A DNA stretch of 64,000 nucleotides from Lama guanicoe (Eukaryota). Numbering within the stretch: position 1 is the stretch's first letter; the number at the start of each line of letters is the position of its first letter. The stretch spans positions 1 to 64,000 of the forward strand of contig MU054117.1 of NCBI GenBank assembly GCA_013239625.1, in the 5' to 3' direction. Of this stretch, positions 21,430 to 48,381 are shown piece by piece. The notes beneath the pieces were generated by a model. It saw only the letters and a list, made by a program, of their open reading frames with translations, had not been told where the DNA came from and ran no database searches. A program made the translations under genes and the position numbers.

Positions 21430-22050
21430 TTAATTAGCACCAAACTTGCCTCCCGCGCTGCTAAGCTGGATGCGAGGCGGACTCAGCAGCGGCGTCCGGT
21501 CCTGGAGGCGGCGGCCGGGCGCGCGCAGCGGGCGGGGAGTGCGGGCCGCGTCTGTCACCGCGCCCGACCCCTCCTCGGTCCCCGCGCCTCAGGCCCGCTC
21601 CTCCGTCGCCGCGGCTCTGTCCTCACCTCGGTCGCCTCACGCCGGGAGGCGCTGGGCCCACGCCTCTGCCCCGCCGCGGTCCCCGCCCCGCCGCGCGGCT
21701 TTCGTTTCCCGCCGAACCGAAAGCGAAACCCAGCGGAGGAGGCGCCGCCCGGTCCCGCCGCCGCGCGCCTTGAAACGTGTGCTGCGTTTCCCACACCCGC
21801 CGTTCGTCGGTGGCTCCAGGAATACGCTCTTCTTTTCACATTTTAAGGTCCCCGGAGTATTTAGGAGGCGTTTCGTAGTACGAGTGACAGCATTTTTTTT
21901 CTTTCTTAACGCTATAATTTCATAAAGCGGGTATCTTAAAGTCGGTGGCTGGCAGATTCGATGAAATTCGGCGCCGGGGTGCAAAGCCGTCCCCCTGGTG
22001 TTCTGCGGGGAGGGGGCGTCCGCCTGTGACGCCGAGCAGGTGGGGAAAAG
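21430..22050 (-). promoter_or_regulatory. USP18: CpG island: USP18 promoter and non-coding exon 1 (exact exon limits not determined)
   Basis: Very GC/CpG-rich, GC boxes, ISRE motifs; the only CpG island between USP18 exon 2 and TUBA8; candidate minus-strand donors at 21626 (GAG|GTGAGG) and ~21449 (GAG|GCAAGT). Confidence 0.8.
21698..21730. promoter_or_regulatory. Two adjacent ISRE/IRF elements in opposite orientation
   Basis: GCTTTCGTTTCC (21698-21709) and GAACCGAAAGCGAAACC (21714-21730) fit GAAAN(N)GAAA; USP18 is an established interferon-stimulated gene. Confidence 0.8.
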
Positions 22051-22364
22051 AAGGTGAACTGTTGGTTCTCACTATGACAGCCTCCTGATGGAGGCTCTAT
22101 TTCTGTCACAATTTTATAGGAGAGAATATTACATTTCAAAGAGGTTAAATGACCTGCCCAAGGTCACACGTGGTGGAGCCAGGGTTCCAAAGGGGTCTAA
22201 ACGTTCGGGCTTAACCCCCCACTGTTACCACCTCCGACTTTCCCTTCACCCCTTCGTGTCAGATGCCAGATCCAGGAAACTAGGCGACGGCCCCCGAGTA
22301 GGGTGAGAAGGGTCGTCGGAACCAGGATTGTCTCCGTCTGAGAGGCAGTTGCAAATAAGGAAAG

Positions 22365-24860
22365 AGAATGAACTCTATAGTGTTGAATTGGAATTGCAGT
22401 TATCAGTGTAGACTCATGAGTTCAGAATGTTTAGAGCGATAGGCAGAGAATTAAATACAGACGTAGGTAGCTGTGTTCCTCATCTCTGGCCCTGGAGAGG
22501 GCCTGGACCAGGGACGTCCCACAACAGGTGCACATCTGGTACCCAGATCTTGGCTTCTAATTGTCATTCTCTAATAGCAGGAGCTACAGTTGCTTAGAGG
22601 CATGGTTGCTTTCAGAGTTAAGTACAAGATGAGCCTAGGACGTCTTGTTCTGCCAGAAAGTAAGGAAGTGATGGAGACGTGTCAAAGGGCCATGGAAGCC
22701 AGCTGGAAGGCACTCCCACTGGCCAAACCTAGAACAATATGAGCATCAAAGTAAATGATGAGAGGGACTGATTATAACCCACTAAATAAAATAGGAAACC
22801 ATAGTCCATAACAATAAAAATAAATAATTGAATAAATTCAAAGTTTCATCAGGAATAAAATGTTTACACAATTTCAAAGTGCTTGCCCACAAAACACATA
22901 TTATTACTGACTAATAATATTATGTATGTATAATATTACATTATGACTACAATTAAAGTAAAAATTAATTACAGAGGGGAAAAGAAGTACTTTCACAGTA
23001 GCACTGTGATGGGAATGTGAGTTATGTGCCATCCGTTAGGATGAAATTAGAAGAACACAACATGACTTCTGAGATGCTCCTGTCTAGGCACAGAACCTGA
23101 ATTCATCCACAAGGAAGCACATGCCCAACCCAAACTGGAAAATATTCTACAGAGCAACTGGCCTGTAATCTTTACAAGGGTCAAGGCCAGAAAAATCAAA
23201 GAAAGTTTGAGAAATTATTCCAGACCATTTGTGTTGTTATTGCTGATGATGATTTTCATCACTTTGTTCACATGGTGTCCACCAGATTCCTGAATTATAA
23301 AGGTACTTTCCTGCCCTTTAATTACTGGGTAATCTGAGGGCAGATACTTTGTGAATGCGTAAATATTCCTTAACCCTAGAGAACTGCAAAAACTTTGCAC
23401 AGAAACACTCTATCCAAACCCTTGCACTGAAAGACTTGACCCTCCTCCCCCCACCAAAAAAAAGGGAGGGGAGTGGAGAGAGAGATTTGACTCAACTTTA
23501 ACACAGCTTCTGGCAGCCAATGCTGCACCCCTGGGACACCCAGCCCCCTTTTGAATTCCTGTATAGGAAAGTTCAGGGTTGTCAAAGTAATCTGCTGACA
23601 CCAGGTAGGAGGCCCCAACCTCCCTCTCTCAGAGCATTTACTCAAAGGGCTTCCAATTGGGAACCCTTTCTCTGCCCCTCTGAGATGTGATGTTTTGTAT
23701 CTCCTTCACCTCAGGAGCGTCTTTCTCAAGGACATGAAAGTCATACCTCTGAGAGGTGGGCCTCTGTCCCCAGGCTCTATGGGGACAGGACCCTCTCTTG
23801 GAGCACTGCCAGCAGCAGAGCAACTCTCTGTAACTTCTCATTTGTGCCGCCTCCACACCACTCCTCCCTCCACCCTCATTCTCCCTTTGAAACGCCCAGT
23901 CACCTCTGTGCCAAACAGAACGGAATTCAGCTCTTTCCCTTACTGTCAGCAGTTACCGATTAAAATCTGTTTTCACTGCTTAGCTAATATCTGGCTTTAT
24001 CTTTGGCACCCAAGGACATAAAATCTAATGGTTTTAGCTTCCCCTAATGATTCTGTCATGGTCCGTCCATGTTTATTAGTTGGCATTCCACTAAAAAGAA
24101 GAGCTTTCCCTTCTCTCCCTGCTCTTTGCTTGTTGGTTTCTTCATATTTTATGGATGCAAGAATTCATTTATATTCGATATATACTGTCATTGTTAATTT
24201 TGGTGCTCAGTCAGCCAGTAGGAGCTCTGCCAAGCTGGTGTCCTTATGATGTGTCCTTCTGACATGTTCCCTGTCGTTTATTGAGCACTTCCTTACTTTC
24301 TGGCACAAGATGTTCCAGGTTCATCTTGTACTTTTCCTGGCTCAGCTCTGAAATCAGCCAGTCCTCCAATGAGTCATGGTTCCTATTAGAGGGCAATGGT
24401 ATTTAGAAACCAAGATACAGGCTCTAGATGTTCTTATTGCTACTGGGGTATCATTGCTTCTAGGTCTTTTCAATGGCAGAGCTAAAAAAAAGACAAAACA
24501 AAATAAGCAAACCTGAGTTCATAGTGATTCCAATTTTTCAATATGATCCAATGTTACAGGGTTGTTTCTCACTCCATCCCATTCTATTGTGTATTCCTTC
24601 TTCCATAGCAGGAACCCTGGGGCCCATTAGTATCAGTCTATTGATTTCTTTGCTCAGTCTGAGAACACACAGGGTAGTTTCAAAATAGCTACACCTGCAC
24701 TCCTACCAACAGTAAACTTACTAAGCTCAAGGTTTTTTTGCCGTTCTTTTTATCTTTACACAGAAGATATGTAGTCAAAATATTGTGTTCAGTAGTGTGG
24801 ATTAAATTTTTTCGTCTATGTGGTTATGGTATCCATTCAGTTTGACGTATTTGTTTTTGG
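22365..24860. mobile_element. Patchwork of old L1M-type 3' fragments on both strands, with a possible LTR-like insert at ~23380-24008
   Basis: L1MC/MD-like text ('gttgaattggaattgcagttatcagtgt', 'gcacaagatgttccaggttcatcttgtac'); boundaries approximate. Confidence 0.5.
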
Positions 24861-24876
24861 TGATGTAGTTTCCCTG

Positions 24877-26698
24877 GATGCCAGTGGCACCCTAGTTGTC
24901 TCTGCTATGGATAAGAGAACAGGAAAAGAGAACAAGATTAGCATCAAAAAAACGAGGACCATTTGAGCAAAGACAACATGGACAATATGGTCCAAGATGA
25001 TGAGAAATACAAAGCTGATTATGAGAAGCAGAGGAACAAGATATCTGCCAGGAATCCACTTAAATTCTGTGCACTTAACGTGAAAGCAATTGTTGAAGAT
25101 GAGAGACTTCAAGGCAAAATCAAAGATGAGAACAATAGAAGATTCTTGACAAGTATAATGAAATCATCAACTGACTCAGTAAGAATCAGATTGCTGAAAA
25201 GCAAGAATTTGAACATTAGCAGAAAGAGCTGAAGAAAATTTACAACCTCATCACTACCAAGTTGTACCAGAGTGCAGGAGGCACCCAGGAGGAATACCTG
25301 GGGCTTCCCTGGTGATAGAGCTCCTCTTCTGGGCCCACCTTTAAAGATAGTTTAAGACAACCTACGGAATGGGATAAAAATCTTTGCAATGAAACCGGCA
25401 AAGGCTTGATCTCCAGAATATATAAGCAGCTCATATGACTTAATAAGAAATAACCAAACAACCCAATCCAAAGATGGGCAAAAGACCCGAACAAGCAATT
25501 CTCCAAGGAAGACATACAAATGATCAATAAGCACATGAAAAAATGCTCAATAGCACTAATTATCAGAGAAATGCAAATCAAAACTACAATGAGGTATCAC
25601 CCCACACCAGTCAGAATGGCCATCATTCAAAAATCCACAAATGACAAATGCTGGAGAGGCTGTGGAGAAAGGGGAACCCTCCTACACTGCTGGTGGGAAT
25701 GCAGTTTGGTGCAGCCACTATGGAAAACAGTATGGCGAGTCCTCAAAAGACTAGGAATAGACTTACTGTATGACCCAGGAATCCTGCTCCTGGGCTTATA
25801 TCCAGAAGGAACCCTACTTCAAAATGACACCTGCACCCCAATGTTCATAGCAGCACTATTTACAATAGCCAAGACATGGAAACAGCCTAAATGTCCATCA
25901 ACAGATGACTGGATAAAGAAGATGTGGTATATTTATACAATGGAATACTATTCAGCCATAAAAACCGACAACATAACGCCATTTGCAGCAACATGGATGC
26001 TCCTGGACAATGTCATTCTAAGTGAAGTAACCCAGAAAGAGAAAGAAAAATACCATATGAGATCGCTCATATGTGGAATCTAAAAAACAAAAACAAACAA
26101 AGCATAAATACAAAACAGAAATAGACTCATAGACATAGAATACAAACTGGTGGTTGCCAAGGGGGTGGAGGGTGGGAAGGGATAGACGGGATTTTAAAAT
26201 TGTAGAATAGATAAACAAGATTATACTGTATAGGAAAGGGAAATATATACAAGATCTTATGGTAGCTCACAGAGAAAAAAATGTGACAATGAATATATAT
26301 ATATGTTCATGTATAACTGAAAAATTGTGCTCTACACTGGAATTTGACACAACATTGTAAAATGATTATAAATCAATAAAAAATGTTAAATAAAAATAAA
26401 AATAAAAGAGATAGTTTAAGCCAACCTGAGAATAGATAAACTTAGCGTTGTTTCACAGTAAAAAAAGGAAAAAAAAAAAGAACAAGGAAGGAGCCAAATT
26501 TACAGCAAATTTAGTGACAGTTTTAAGCTTAAGCTACTGTACTGAATTAGTAGCTTTCTCATTACTTAATAGGGAATATGTGTACAGGGAAAGGAAACAG
26601 CTTGTACTTCATTAGCACTGTGTTATAAAATGTGATGTATTAAATAAAATCTATATTTAAAATTGATGCAAAAAAAGTTATTAAAAAAGAAAAAAAAA
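24877..26698 (+). pseudogene. HSPA8: 5'-truncated processed HSPA8 (HSC70) pseudogene: C-terminal coding part 24877-25356 and 3'UTR/poly(A) 26421-26698, interrupted by an L1
   Basis: Degenerate peptides [72 protein letters not shown] match the HSC70 C-terminus; frameshifts and stops; no introns; AATAAA 26643-26648 then A-rich tail. Confidence 0.9.
25357..26408 (+). mobile_element. Young 5'-truncated LINE-1 (ORF2 C-terminus, 3'UTR, poly(A)) with TSD
   Basis: Open ORF 25520-26083 with L1 ORF2 C-terminal CCHC motif ([18 protein letters not shown]); TSD AGATAGTTTAAG at 25345-25356 and 26409-26420. Confidence 0.95.
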
Positions 26699-26699
26699 T

Positions 26700-29600
26700 C
26701 TGTTCGTTCCAAAGTTTCAAGAGGAAAAAATCTCTGGGTGGGATCAACAGAAGAGAGATAACAGAATAAACAGATAAAGAATCAGTGAACTTGACAACTG
26801 AACAATAGAAATTACCTAAAATTAACATTGACAGCCTCAGTGACCTGTGGTACTATAATGAAAAATCTAACATTCATGTCATCAAGTTCCAAAAAAGAGA
26901 AGAAATTGTGAGGCTGAAAACTATTCAAAGATATGATGGCTGAAAATTTCCCAAATTTACCAAAAGACAAAAAAACCTGAAGATTCAAGAAACTGTGTGG
27001 ACTCTCAAGACAAGGCCAAAGAAATCCACATCAATATACATTATAATCAAACTTCCCAAAACTAAAGGCAAAGAAAAAGTCTCAGAAGCAGGAGTACAGA
27101 AACAACACCTTATCTATAAGGGAAAATCAATTCAAAAATAACAGCAGATTTCTCCTCAAAGACCATAGAGGCCAAAAAGAACTGCCACAACATTTTCAAC
27201 TGCTGGGGGAAGAAAGAGCTCTTAACCTAGAATCATATTATCCACTGAAAATATCCTTCAAGAATGAAAATGGTATCAAGACATTCTCAGAGGAAAGAAA
27301 ACTAAGAATTTGTCTCCAGCAGACCTATTTCTATAAGAATGAATAAAGGAAGTTCTTGAAATGGAGAGGAAATGATAAAAGGAAGGAATCTTAGAACATC
27401 GGTGAGGAATACAGAACAACAGAAAGAGTAAAACTGTAAATAAATACACTAGACTTTCCTTTTCCTCTTGAGTTTCCTTGAGTATCTTTGACAGTTGAAG
27501 CAAAAATTATGACATTGTCTAATGTGGTTCTCAAAGTATCTAGAAGAAATGTTTAAGATAATTACATTATAAATGAGGGAGGGTGGAAAAGACTTAAAGG
27601 CATGTAAAGTTTTTACATTTCACTTAAACTGGTAAAATGTCAACACCAGTAGACTGTGATATGAGTATAATGTAACACCTAGAGCAGTCGCTACAGTCAC
27701 ACAAAGGTACACTCTAAATCACTATAGATAAATCAAAATGGAATTCTAAAAAATGTACAAGTGACCCATAAGAAAGCAAGAAAAAGAAAACAGAAAAGCA
27801 AAGGACATAGGGGAAAGGGGGATAAAAAAAATTAAATGGCAGATCTGTCATAAGATACCAATAATTATATTAAATGTAAATGGTCTAAATACACTAATTA
27901 AAAGACAGATTGGCAGAATGGGTTAAAAAAATGAACCAAATATATGCTGCCTTTAAGAAATTCACTTTAAATATAATGATATAAGCAGGTTAATATTAAA
28001 ACTGGGAAAATAAATGACATGCTAACAATAATCAAAAACAAGTAGTGGTGGCTATATTAATATCAGTCAAAGTAGATTTTAGAGCAAAGAAAATTATGAG
28101 GCACAGAAAGGAACATTATGTAATGATAAAAGGAGCAATCAACCAAGAAGACATAGACATACTAAACAGATACACACCCAAAAGTACAGATGCCAAATAT
28201 GTAAAGCAAAAACCGATACAACAAAAAGGAGAAATAGACAGATCCATGTTTATAGTTGGGGACTTCAACACCCTTCTCCCAGTAATTGATAGAACAGCTA
28301 AACAGAAAATCAGCAAGGATGACAGACACACTCAGCAATGCCATCAACCAACAGGGTCTAATCAGTATTTATAGAGCACCTTCTCCAACAGCAGCAGAAT
28401 ACTTTTTCAAGTTTGCAAGAAAGACCATCTCAGACCACTGGCACAACATACCAAATTTTGTTGAACACAGCTAAAGCAGCCCTAAGAAAGAAGTTTACCC
28501 CTCACACTAAACACAAAAATAAACTCAAAATGGTTGAAAGATTTAAACATAAGACAAGATACTATAAACCTCCTAGAAGAAAACATAGGCAAAACATTCT
28601 CCAACATAAATTGTAGGAATATTCTCCGAGGGTAGTCTACCGAGGCAATAGAAATAAAAGCAAAAATAAACAAACGGGACCTAATTAAACTTAATAAGCA
28701 TTTGCACAACAAAGGAAACTATAAACAAAACAAAATAAAACAAAACAAGCTATGGTATGGAATGGGAAAAAATATTTGCAAATGATGCGAATGGCAAAGG
28801 CTTAATTTCCAGAACACACAAACAGCTCATAAAACTCAATAACAAAAAAATAAACAACCCAATCAATAAAAATGGGCAGAAGACCTGAACAAACATTTCT
28901 CTAATGAACATATACAAATGGCCAACAGACAAATGAAAAAATGTTCAATATCGCTGTTAGAGAAATGCAAATCAAAACTACAATGAGGTATCGCTCACAC
29001 CAGTCAGAATAGCCATCATTAAAAATTCCGCAAAGGATAAATGCTGGAAAGGGTGTGGAGAAAAGGGAACCCTCCTACACTGTTGGTGGGAATGTAATTC
29101 AGTGCAGCCACTTTAGAAAACAGTATGGAGATTCCTCAAAAAACTAACAACAAACTTACCATATGATCCAGCAATCCCACTCCTGGGCATGTATCTGTAG
29201 GGACCTCTAATTCAAAAAGATATATGACATCACTTATATGTGGAATCACAATATGGTATCAATTATATGTGGAATCTAAAAAAAAAAAAGAAGAAGTTAT
29301 TTACAAAATAGAAACAGACTCACAGACATCGAAAACAAACTTGTGGTTACCAGCGAGGGAAGAGGGTGGGAAGGGATAAATCGGGAGTCCAAGATTTGCA
29401 GATACTAACTATTATATATAAAATAGATAAACAACAAATTCATACTGTACAGCACAGGAAACTATATTCAATATCTTATAGTAACTTAATGATGAAAAAT
29501 AATATGAAAACAAATATATGTATGTTCACGTATGACTGAAGCATTATGCTGTACACCAGAAATTGACACAACATTGTAAACTGACTATACTTCAATAAAA

Positions 29601-31110
29601 ACACATATATACAGAGAAAAAAAAAGATACATGCACCCCAATGTTCATAGCAGCGCTATTTACAATAGCCAAGACATAGAAGCAACTTAAATGTCTATCA
29701 GTGGATGATTGGATATATTGTAATAGCCTATAATGAAAAAGAACACGAAAAGGAATGTATTTACATATGTGTGTGTATATATAACTGAATCACTATGCTG
29801 TACACCAGAAATTATTACAACATTGTAAGCTGACTATATTTCAATTTAAAAACAGAAAAGAGAAATTTATAGCACTAAATGCCTGCATTAGAAAAGAATA
29901 AAAGTCTCACATCAGTAATCTAAGTTCTCACTATAAGAAAAGAGAAAAAAACGACCAAATAAATCCACACCAAGCAGAAGGAAGGAAATAATAAAGAGCA
30001 TAAACCAAGGATGTTGAAAACAGATACACAATGAAGAAAAATCAATGAAACACGAAGCTTATTCTTTGAAAAGATCGATAAAATTGACAAACCTCTAGCA
30101 AGACTGGCAAAGAGAAAAAGAAGACACAAATTACCAACATCAGGAAACAGAGGCTGCAGCAACAGACCTGCACATGTAAAACTAAGGGAATATGAACAAC
30201 GCTATACACATAAATTTGACGATTTTTCTGAGTTGGATCAGTTCCTTAAATAGCACAAACTACCACAACTCACCAATGTGAAAGAGCTCATTTGCATAAT
30301 CCTATAACTTTGAAAGAAATTGCGATTTTAATTTGTAAAACTCCAAAAAAAAGAAATATCCAGGCCCAGCTGGTTTCGCAGTAGAGTTATACCAGTGTTT
30401 TAATAATTAACATGAATTGCACGCTTCCAGAAAATAGAAGAGGAGGAACCAATTCCCAACTCATTCTATGAGATCAGTGTTACTCTGATACCAAAGTCAA
30501 TGACAATACAAAAAAAAGAAAACCGCAGACGAATCTCCCTCATGAATATAAATACAAAAATCTATCATAAAATATTACCAAATAGAATTCAGCAATACAT
30601 AAAAAGAATTCTACATCTTGACCAAGTAGGGTTTTATTCCAGGGATGTAAAGCTGGTTCAGCATTCAGAAAATCACCATAATCCATCGTATTAGCCGGCT
30701 AAAGAAGAAAATGGTCATACCAACTGCTGCAGAGGAAGCATTTAACAGGACTCAACTCCTACTCGTGGTTTAACGCCCTTAGAAACCTGGGGACAGAGGG
30801 GATCTTACGTACTAATGATTCCATTTACATAACATTTTCAAAGCAACAAAATTGTGGAGGTGAACAACAGATCATTGCTTGGAGAAGGGGAGAGATCTTT
30901 GTGGGCATGGAACAGCTTCTTGTCTTGACTGGTGTGTAGTCACAGAAACCTGCATGTCATGAAGTGACCTAGGGTTGCACAGACACTGCGCCAATTCACT
31001 ATGCTGGCTGTGATGTTACGTAAAATGGGCACTGGAGGAAACTGGGTTAAGGGTGCACTCAACTTCTCTGTACTAATTTTGCATATCTCTATAATCTATT
31101 TCACGATAAA
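26700..31110 (+). mobile_element. Old, degenerate L1 (ORF1 and ORF2 endonuclease/RT remnants) carrying nested younger L1 inserts
   Basis: [26 protein letters not shown] peptides; the host ORF2 'KAALR..|..KFIALNA' is split between 28497 and ~29860. Confidence 0.85.
28498..29855 (+). mobile_element. Younger L1 3' fragment nested in the old L1, itself containing a further L1 3'UTR insert (29227-29620)
   Basis: ORF2 3' region similar to 25357-26083; inner insert flanked by AAAAAGATAYATG at 29214-29226 and 29621-29633. Confidence 0.8.
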
Positions 31111-31284
31111 GGGTTTGGTTTGGTTTGAAGTCATGGGCATTTTTATTGGGCTGCCTTAAATTTATCAGTTAAGTTTGGGAGAGTGAGATGGCCATTTTGT
31201 TGAGAATAAGGCATGAGATTGCGTTTGCTCAAGTCCACTGTTATGACTCAGTTTAAAGTTTTTCTCAAAAAGCCTTCTAAATTT

Positions 31285-31585
31285 TTTTAATTTTATTTTT
31301 TAATTTTTTTAATTTTATATTATTTGTACTTTTAGTTTCAGGTGTATAGCAAAGCAATTCGGTTATACATATACATACATAAATATTTTTTCTTTTCAGA
31401 TTCTTTCCCAGTGTGTGTTATTACAAGAACTTGAATATAGTTCCCTGTGCTATACAGTAGGTCCTTGTTGTTTACCAAAAACAGACTCACGGACATAGAA
31501 AACAAATCATGGTTACCAAAGGGAAAAGGGCTGGGGAGGGTTAAATTAGGAGTTCGGGATTAACAGGTACACATTACTATATATT
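31285..31585. mobile_element. Short L1 3'UTR insertion with inverted 5' part
   Basis: 31285-31473 is minus-strand 3'UTR with poly(T); 31478-31585 is the upstream 3'UTR segment on plus (similar to 29312-29420). Confidence 0.65.
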
Positions 31586-34500
31586 AATATTTCTTGTGAG
31601 GTTGTCATCTCTAAGAATTTCTCTTTTTGTTGCTGTTATTAAATGGAGGCTTTCTCGTCCACTGTATCCTAACTGGTTATTGCGTTAGTAAAATAAAGGC
31701 TGTTGGTCCTTGGACGGTAACTTAATATCCCGCTTCCTCGCTGATATCCTGAGCTAGTCTTCTTGCATAGGATTTTCCACATGTACCATCAAATTGTCTA
31801 CAATGAAGATTCATTTCCAATTCTTCTCCTTCTAATTATTTTCCCTGACCTAGTTCCATCAGCTGACACTTCTGTACAATTTAAAGAGCCATGGAGTCCT
31901 GGAGGCTCCTTCTCCAGTGTCTGTTCTTGGCTTCAGTGGGGTGCCTCTGGCGTTTCCCATTAAGATGCTGGCTTTAAGACGGATGAACCATGGTTGATTT
32001 CCTGAAATAAATCCCTCTTGGTTGTGCTATGTATTTTTTCTTAACACTGATTCTGTTTGCTGATACTTGACTAATGATTTTTGCATTGGCACTTACAAAG
32101 ATCACTTCGAGTGTTTTTATTTCTCCCCACTGCGAGATAATGGAGCCTGCTTAGAGAGACAGTGCTCTGTCCCATTAACCGCAAGCCAAACAGCCTTACA
32201 TTTTAGACTTTCATGTCTAAGCCCCAAATAATATACAGAAGGTCACATAAGGAGTTTCGTTCTACATATTCATGAGAAAAATGTGGGTAAGTGAGGACTC
32301 GCCTGAGCTCCTGCGGGGCCTGTGCACGTGGGAAGGAAGGCAGGCATAAACCCCACACACGCTGATCAGCGTCGGTGCTGATAGCCTCCCTTTTGTCCGC
32401 TCGCTCTCTCTCACCGTCCCTAAAATGGTTGACGTCATAAATGTGTCACAGGACCTAAAACTAAGAAGCTAATTGTAGCACTGGATTTTTTTTTTTAATG
32501 TAGACAGTTTGGACTCAGAACTCAAAAAGGGAAGTTGTCAATCCCTCTAGTGGGTTTGCAGTGTTGTAGGGAAGGCAATTCCATGGGATTGACCCAGTGA
32601 CCCCTAAAAACTCAGCAGAGTAGGGCTAGCAGCAGTTTTGTGTCAGAGAAAAGTTCAGTATCGATCAACTCGCTGACACAATCAGCAGTTTGGAGGAAAT
32701 GAACCCACTGGGATTAGTTGGTCCCAGTAGGTGTTTTTTGAGACAAGCTGACTGGGGTCAAAGGCTGGAGGTCTGTCCCTCTTGCAGAGAAGAAAGCAGA
32801 TTGCAAACACCAGGGTGAGGAATTTGTGCAAACTAGGGCCATATGTTTACTAGGGACTCTCTTAATTCTTAGGGTAAAATATTAAAAAGTGAAAATGACC
32901 TTTTTAATCAGCAGGAATTAGTGAGTCCCTCAAAGCTAGCATTAGGATACAAGAAACTGGACAGTCCAGGCCAGAGCCCACCATGGGCTGTTGCCCAATT
33001 CCAGCATCTGCCAAATACTTCACAGTCTTAAGAAGCCTCAGGCCAATCCCATGCGGGAGAAAGAACTGGGGAGCTGCCTTTCCCTGGGGGACGGCAGAGT
33101 CACCCACCTGCCTATTTACCCTCTCTCTAGGGACACGGTTCTCCAGTCCTAAAATTCAGTGCTCCTGCTCCGTGAACAGAGCCATAGACGCGAGCAGGGC
33201 TGAGGTGCCCACCCCCACGACTGGACAGGGGCCCAACCACATGAGGGGAAATGGAAGAGGAGAAACTCGGGGAAATGCATCCAAAGCTGTAATGCACCAC
33301 CCTCAAGCTTCCCTGCAGCCCCTGCCCTCACCCATACCTCTCAGACATCACCTTTGTGACTGCCATTCATGTTTATTTTAACCTATTTTAACTCAAATAA
33401 ATCTAGAGGGAAGGAAGATAAAAGCAATTTACCCTAAACCCTGGCCCTGGGGATCTGTTAATCTCTCTCTGATTAGGTCACAGTTACACCCTCAGGACAT
33501 CTTTGGGGCTTATCTGAAGTCCATGGGGCGGTCACTTCTGTCCAAGGGAACATGCCCCTTCCTGCGATGGGCCCCACCCAGCTGAGTGTGTCCCTGCAGC
33601 ACCTGTGGGACTCAGTGAGGAGGGACCTCAGGTGAGGAAGCCCCGCCGGGCAGCAGACTGGACTCCTGTTCAGCGCGGTGATCTGCTCCACAGAAGAGCG
33701 GGACGTGTGGTCTGAGAACCACCCTCTGAACGTCAGTAGCATCACTTCTTGCCTCGTCTTCCTTTCCTTGCAACATTTTATTCTGCTTTTCTCAGGGCTT
33801 CCAGGAATACAGACTAGAAACATTTAGGGGAAGTCCCGCACACTCAGCGCAGGGGGACTTACTATGGGCCCGACCCGGGTGTCTTAGCAGCAGTTCAGTA
33901 AGAGCAGCCTTTGATTTTCCCCGCATTCTCCCAGAGCAGCCAAGTTTTAGTTTGTCCTCCTCTTTGTGATAAACAGGCTTTGTTTCTCCCCGCCCATCAT
34001 TCTGTGAGGCAGCAGTGGGACCGAGGGCTGGAGATCTGAGGGGCCTTGGTGGTCCCTGCTGCCCAGCTCCACCCTTGTGTCTGCAACACAGTTTCCTCAT
34101 CTACAAAATGAGTAGGAGCTCTGTTTTCAGGTGTTGAGAAGGTAGAGATAAGGTGTGTGTGTGCATAAAGCATAGTAGATATTCTACTTAAAACCTTCCA
34201 AATTCCGAACAGAAGTGCCTCTGTTTCCCTTAGAAAAAACCTCAGCTCCTCACTGCGATCTGTGAGGCTGGACCACACGCTCCCTCCACTGCCCCCCAGG
34301 TACACGGGCCTCCTCTCCACACACGAAGCCTGTCCCACAGCTGCCGGCGCCCTCCAATGCAGGGCACCCCGTGCAGGCTCCGCGCTGCTCCCCGGTGCCC
34401 CCAGGCCTCATCTGACCCCATGCCCCTCCAGTCACTGCACGTCGTCTGAGGCGCTCTCATTTACATGTGTATGTACAGCGGCAGGAAGTGGGCTCTTGCT

Positions 34501-34807
34501 TCCCTCCCTCCCTAGGATCTTCCCAAGGCCCAGGTCTCTCCTCCCACTTTCCGGCCCAGCCAGTGGGCTCTGTGTGCGGGGAAGTCCCGCTCAGGCCCCA
34601 CACACGTGACTCAGCTTCACCCCAACCCAGAGACAGCGACCCTTGTCGCTTCTGCTGACACAGCAGCTTTCCCCCAAGGAGGCAGAGCACAGCATCCGTT
34701 TTCGCCACGTCACCCTGGGGTGGGAGTGTGGTCTCTTGCCCTGGGGAGAGTTAAATGTGCTGGGGGCAGTGTGAATAATGAGACACAGCCAAGAGGAACA
34801 TCTGTAT

Positions 34808-48381
<13,574 letters not shown>

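Noticed and set aside
24963..25232. 89-aa ORF as a functional small HSP70-like gene
   Set aside because: Part of a frameshifted, 5'-truncated HSPA8 retrocopy with a TTG start
25520..26083. 187-aa ORF as a host gene or active L1
   Set aside because: Only the ORF2 C-terminus of a ~1-kb truncated L1; no promoter, endonuclease or RT
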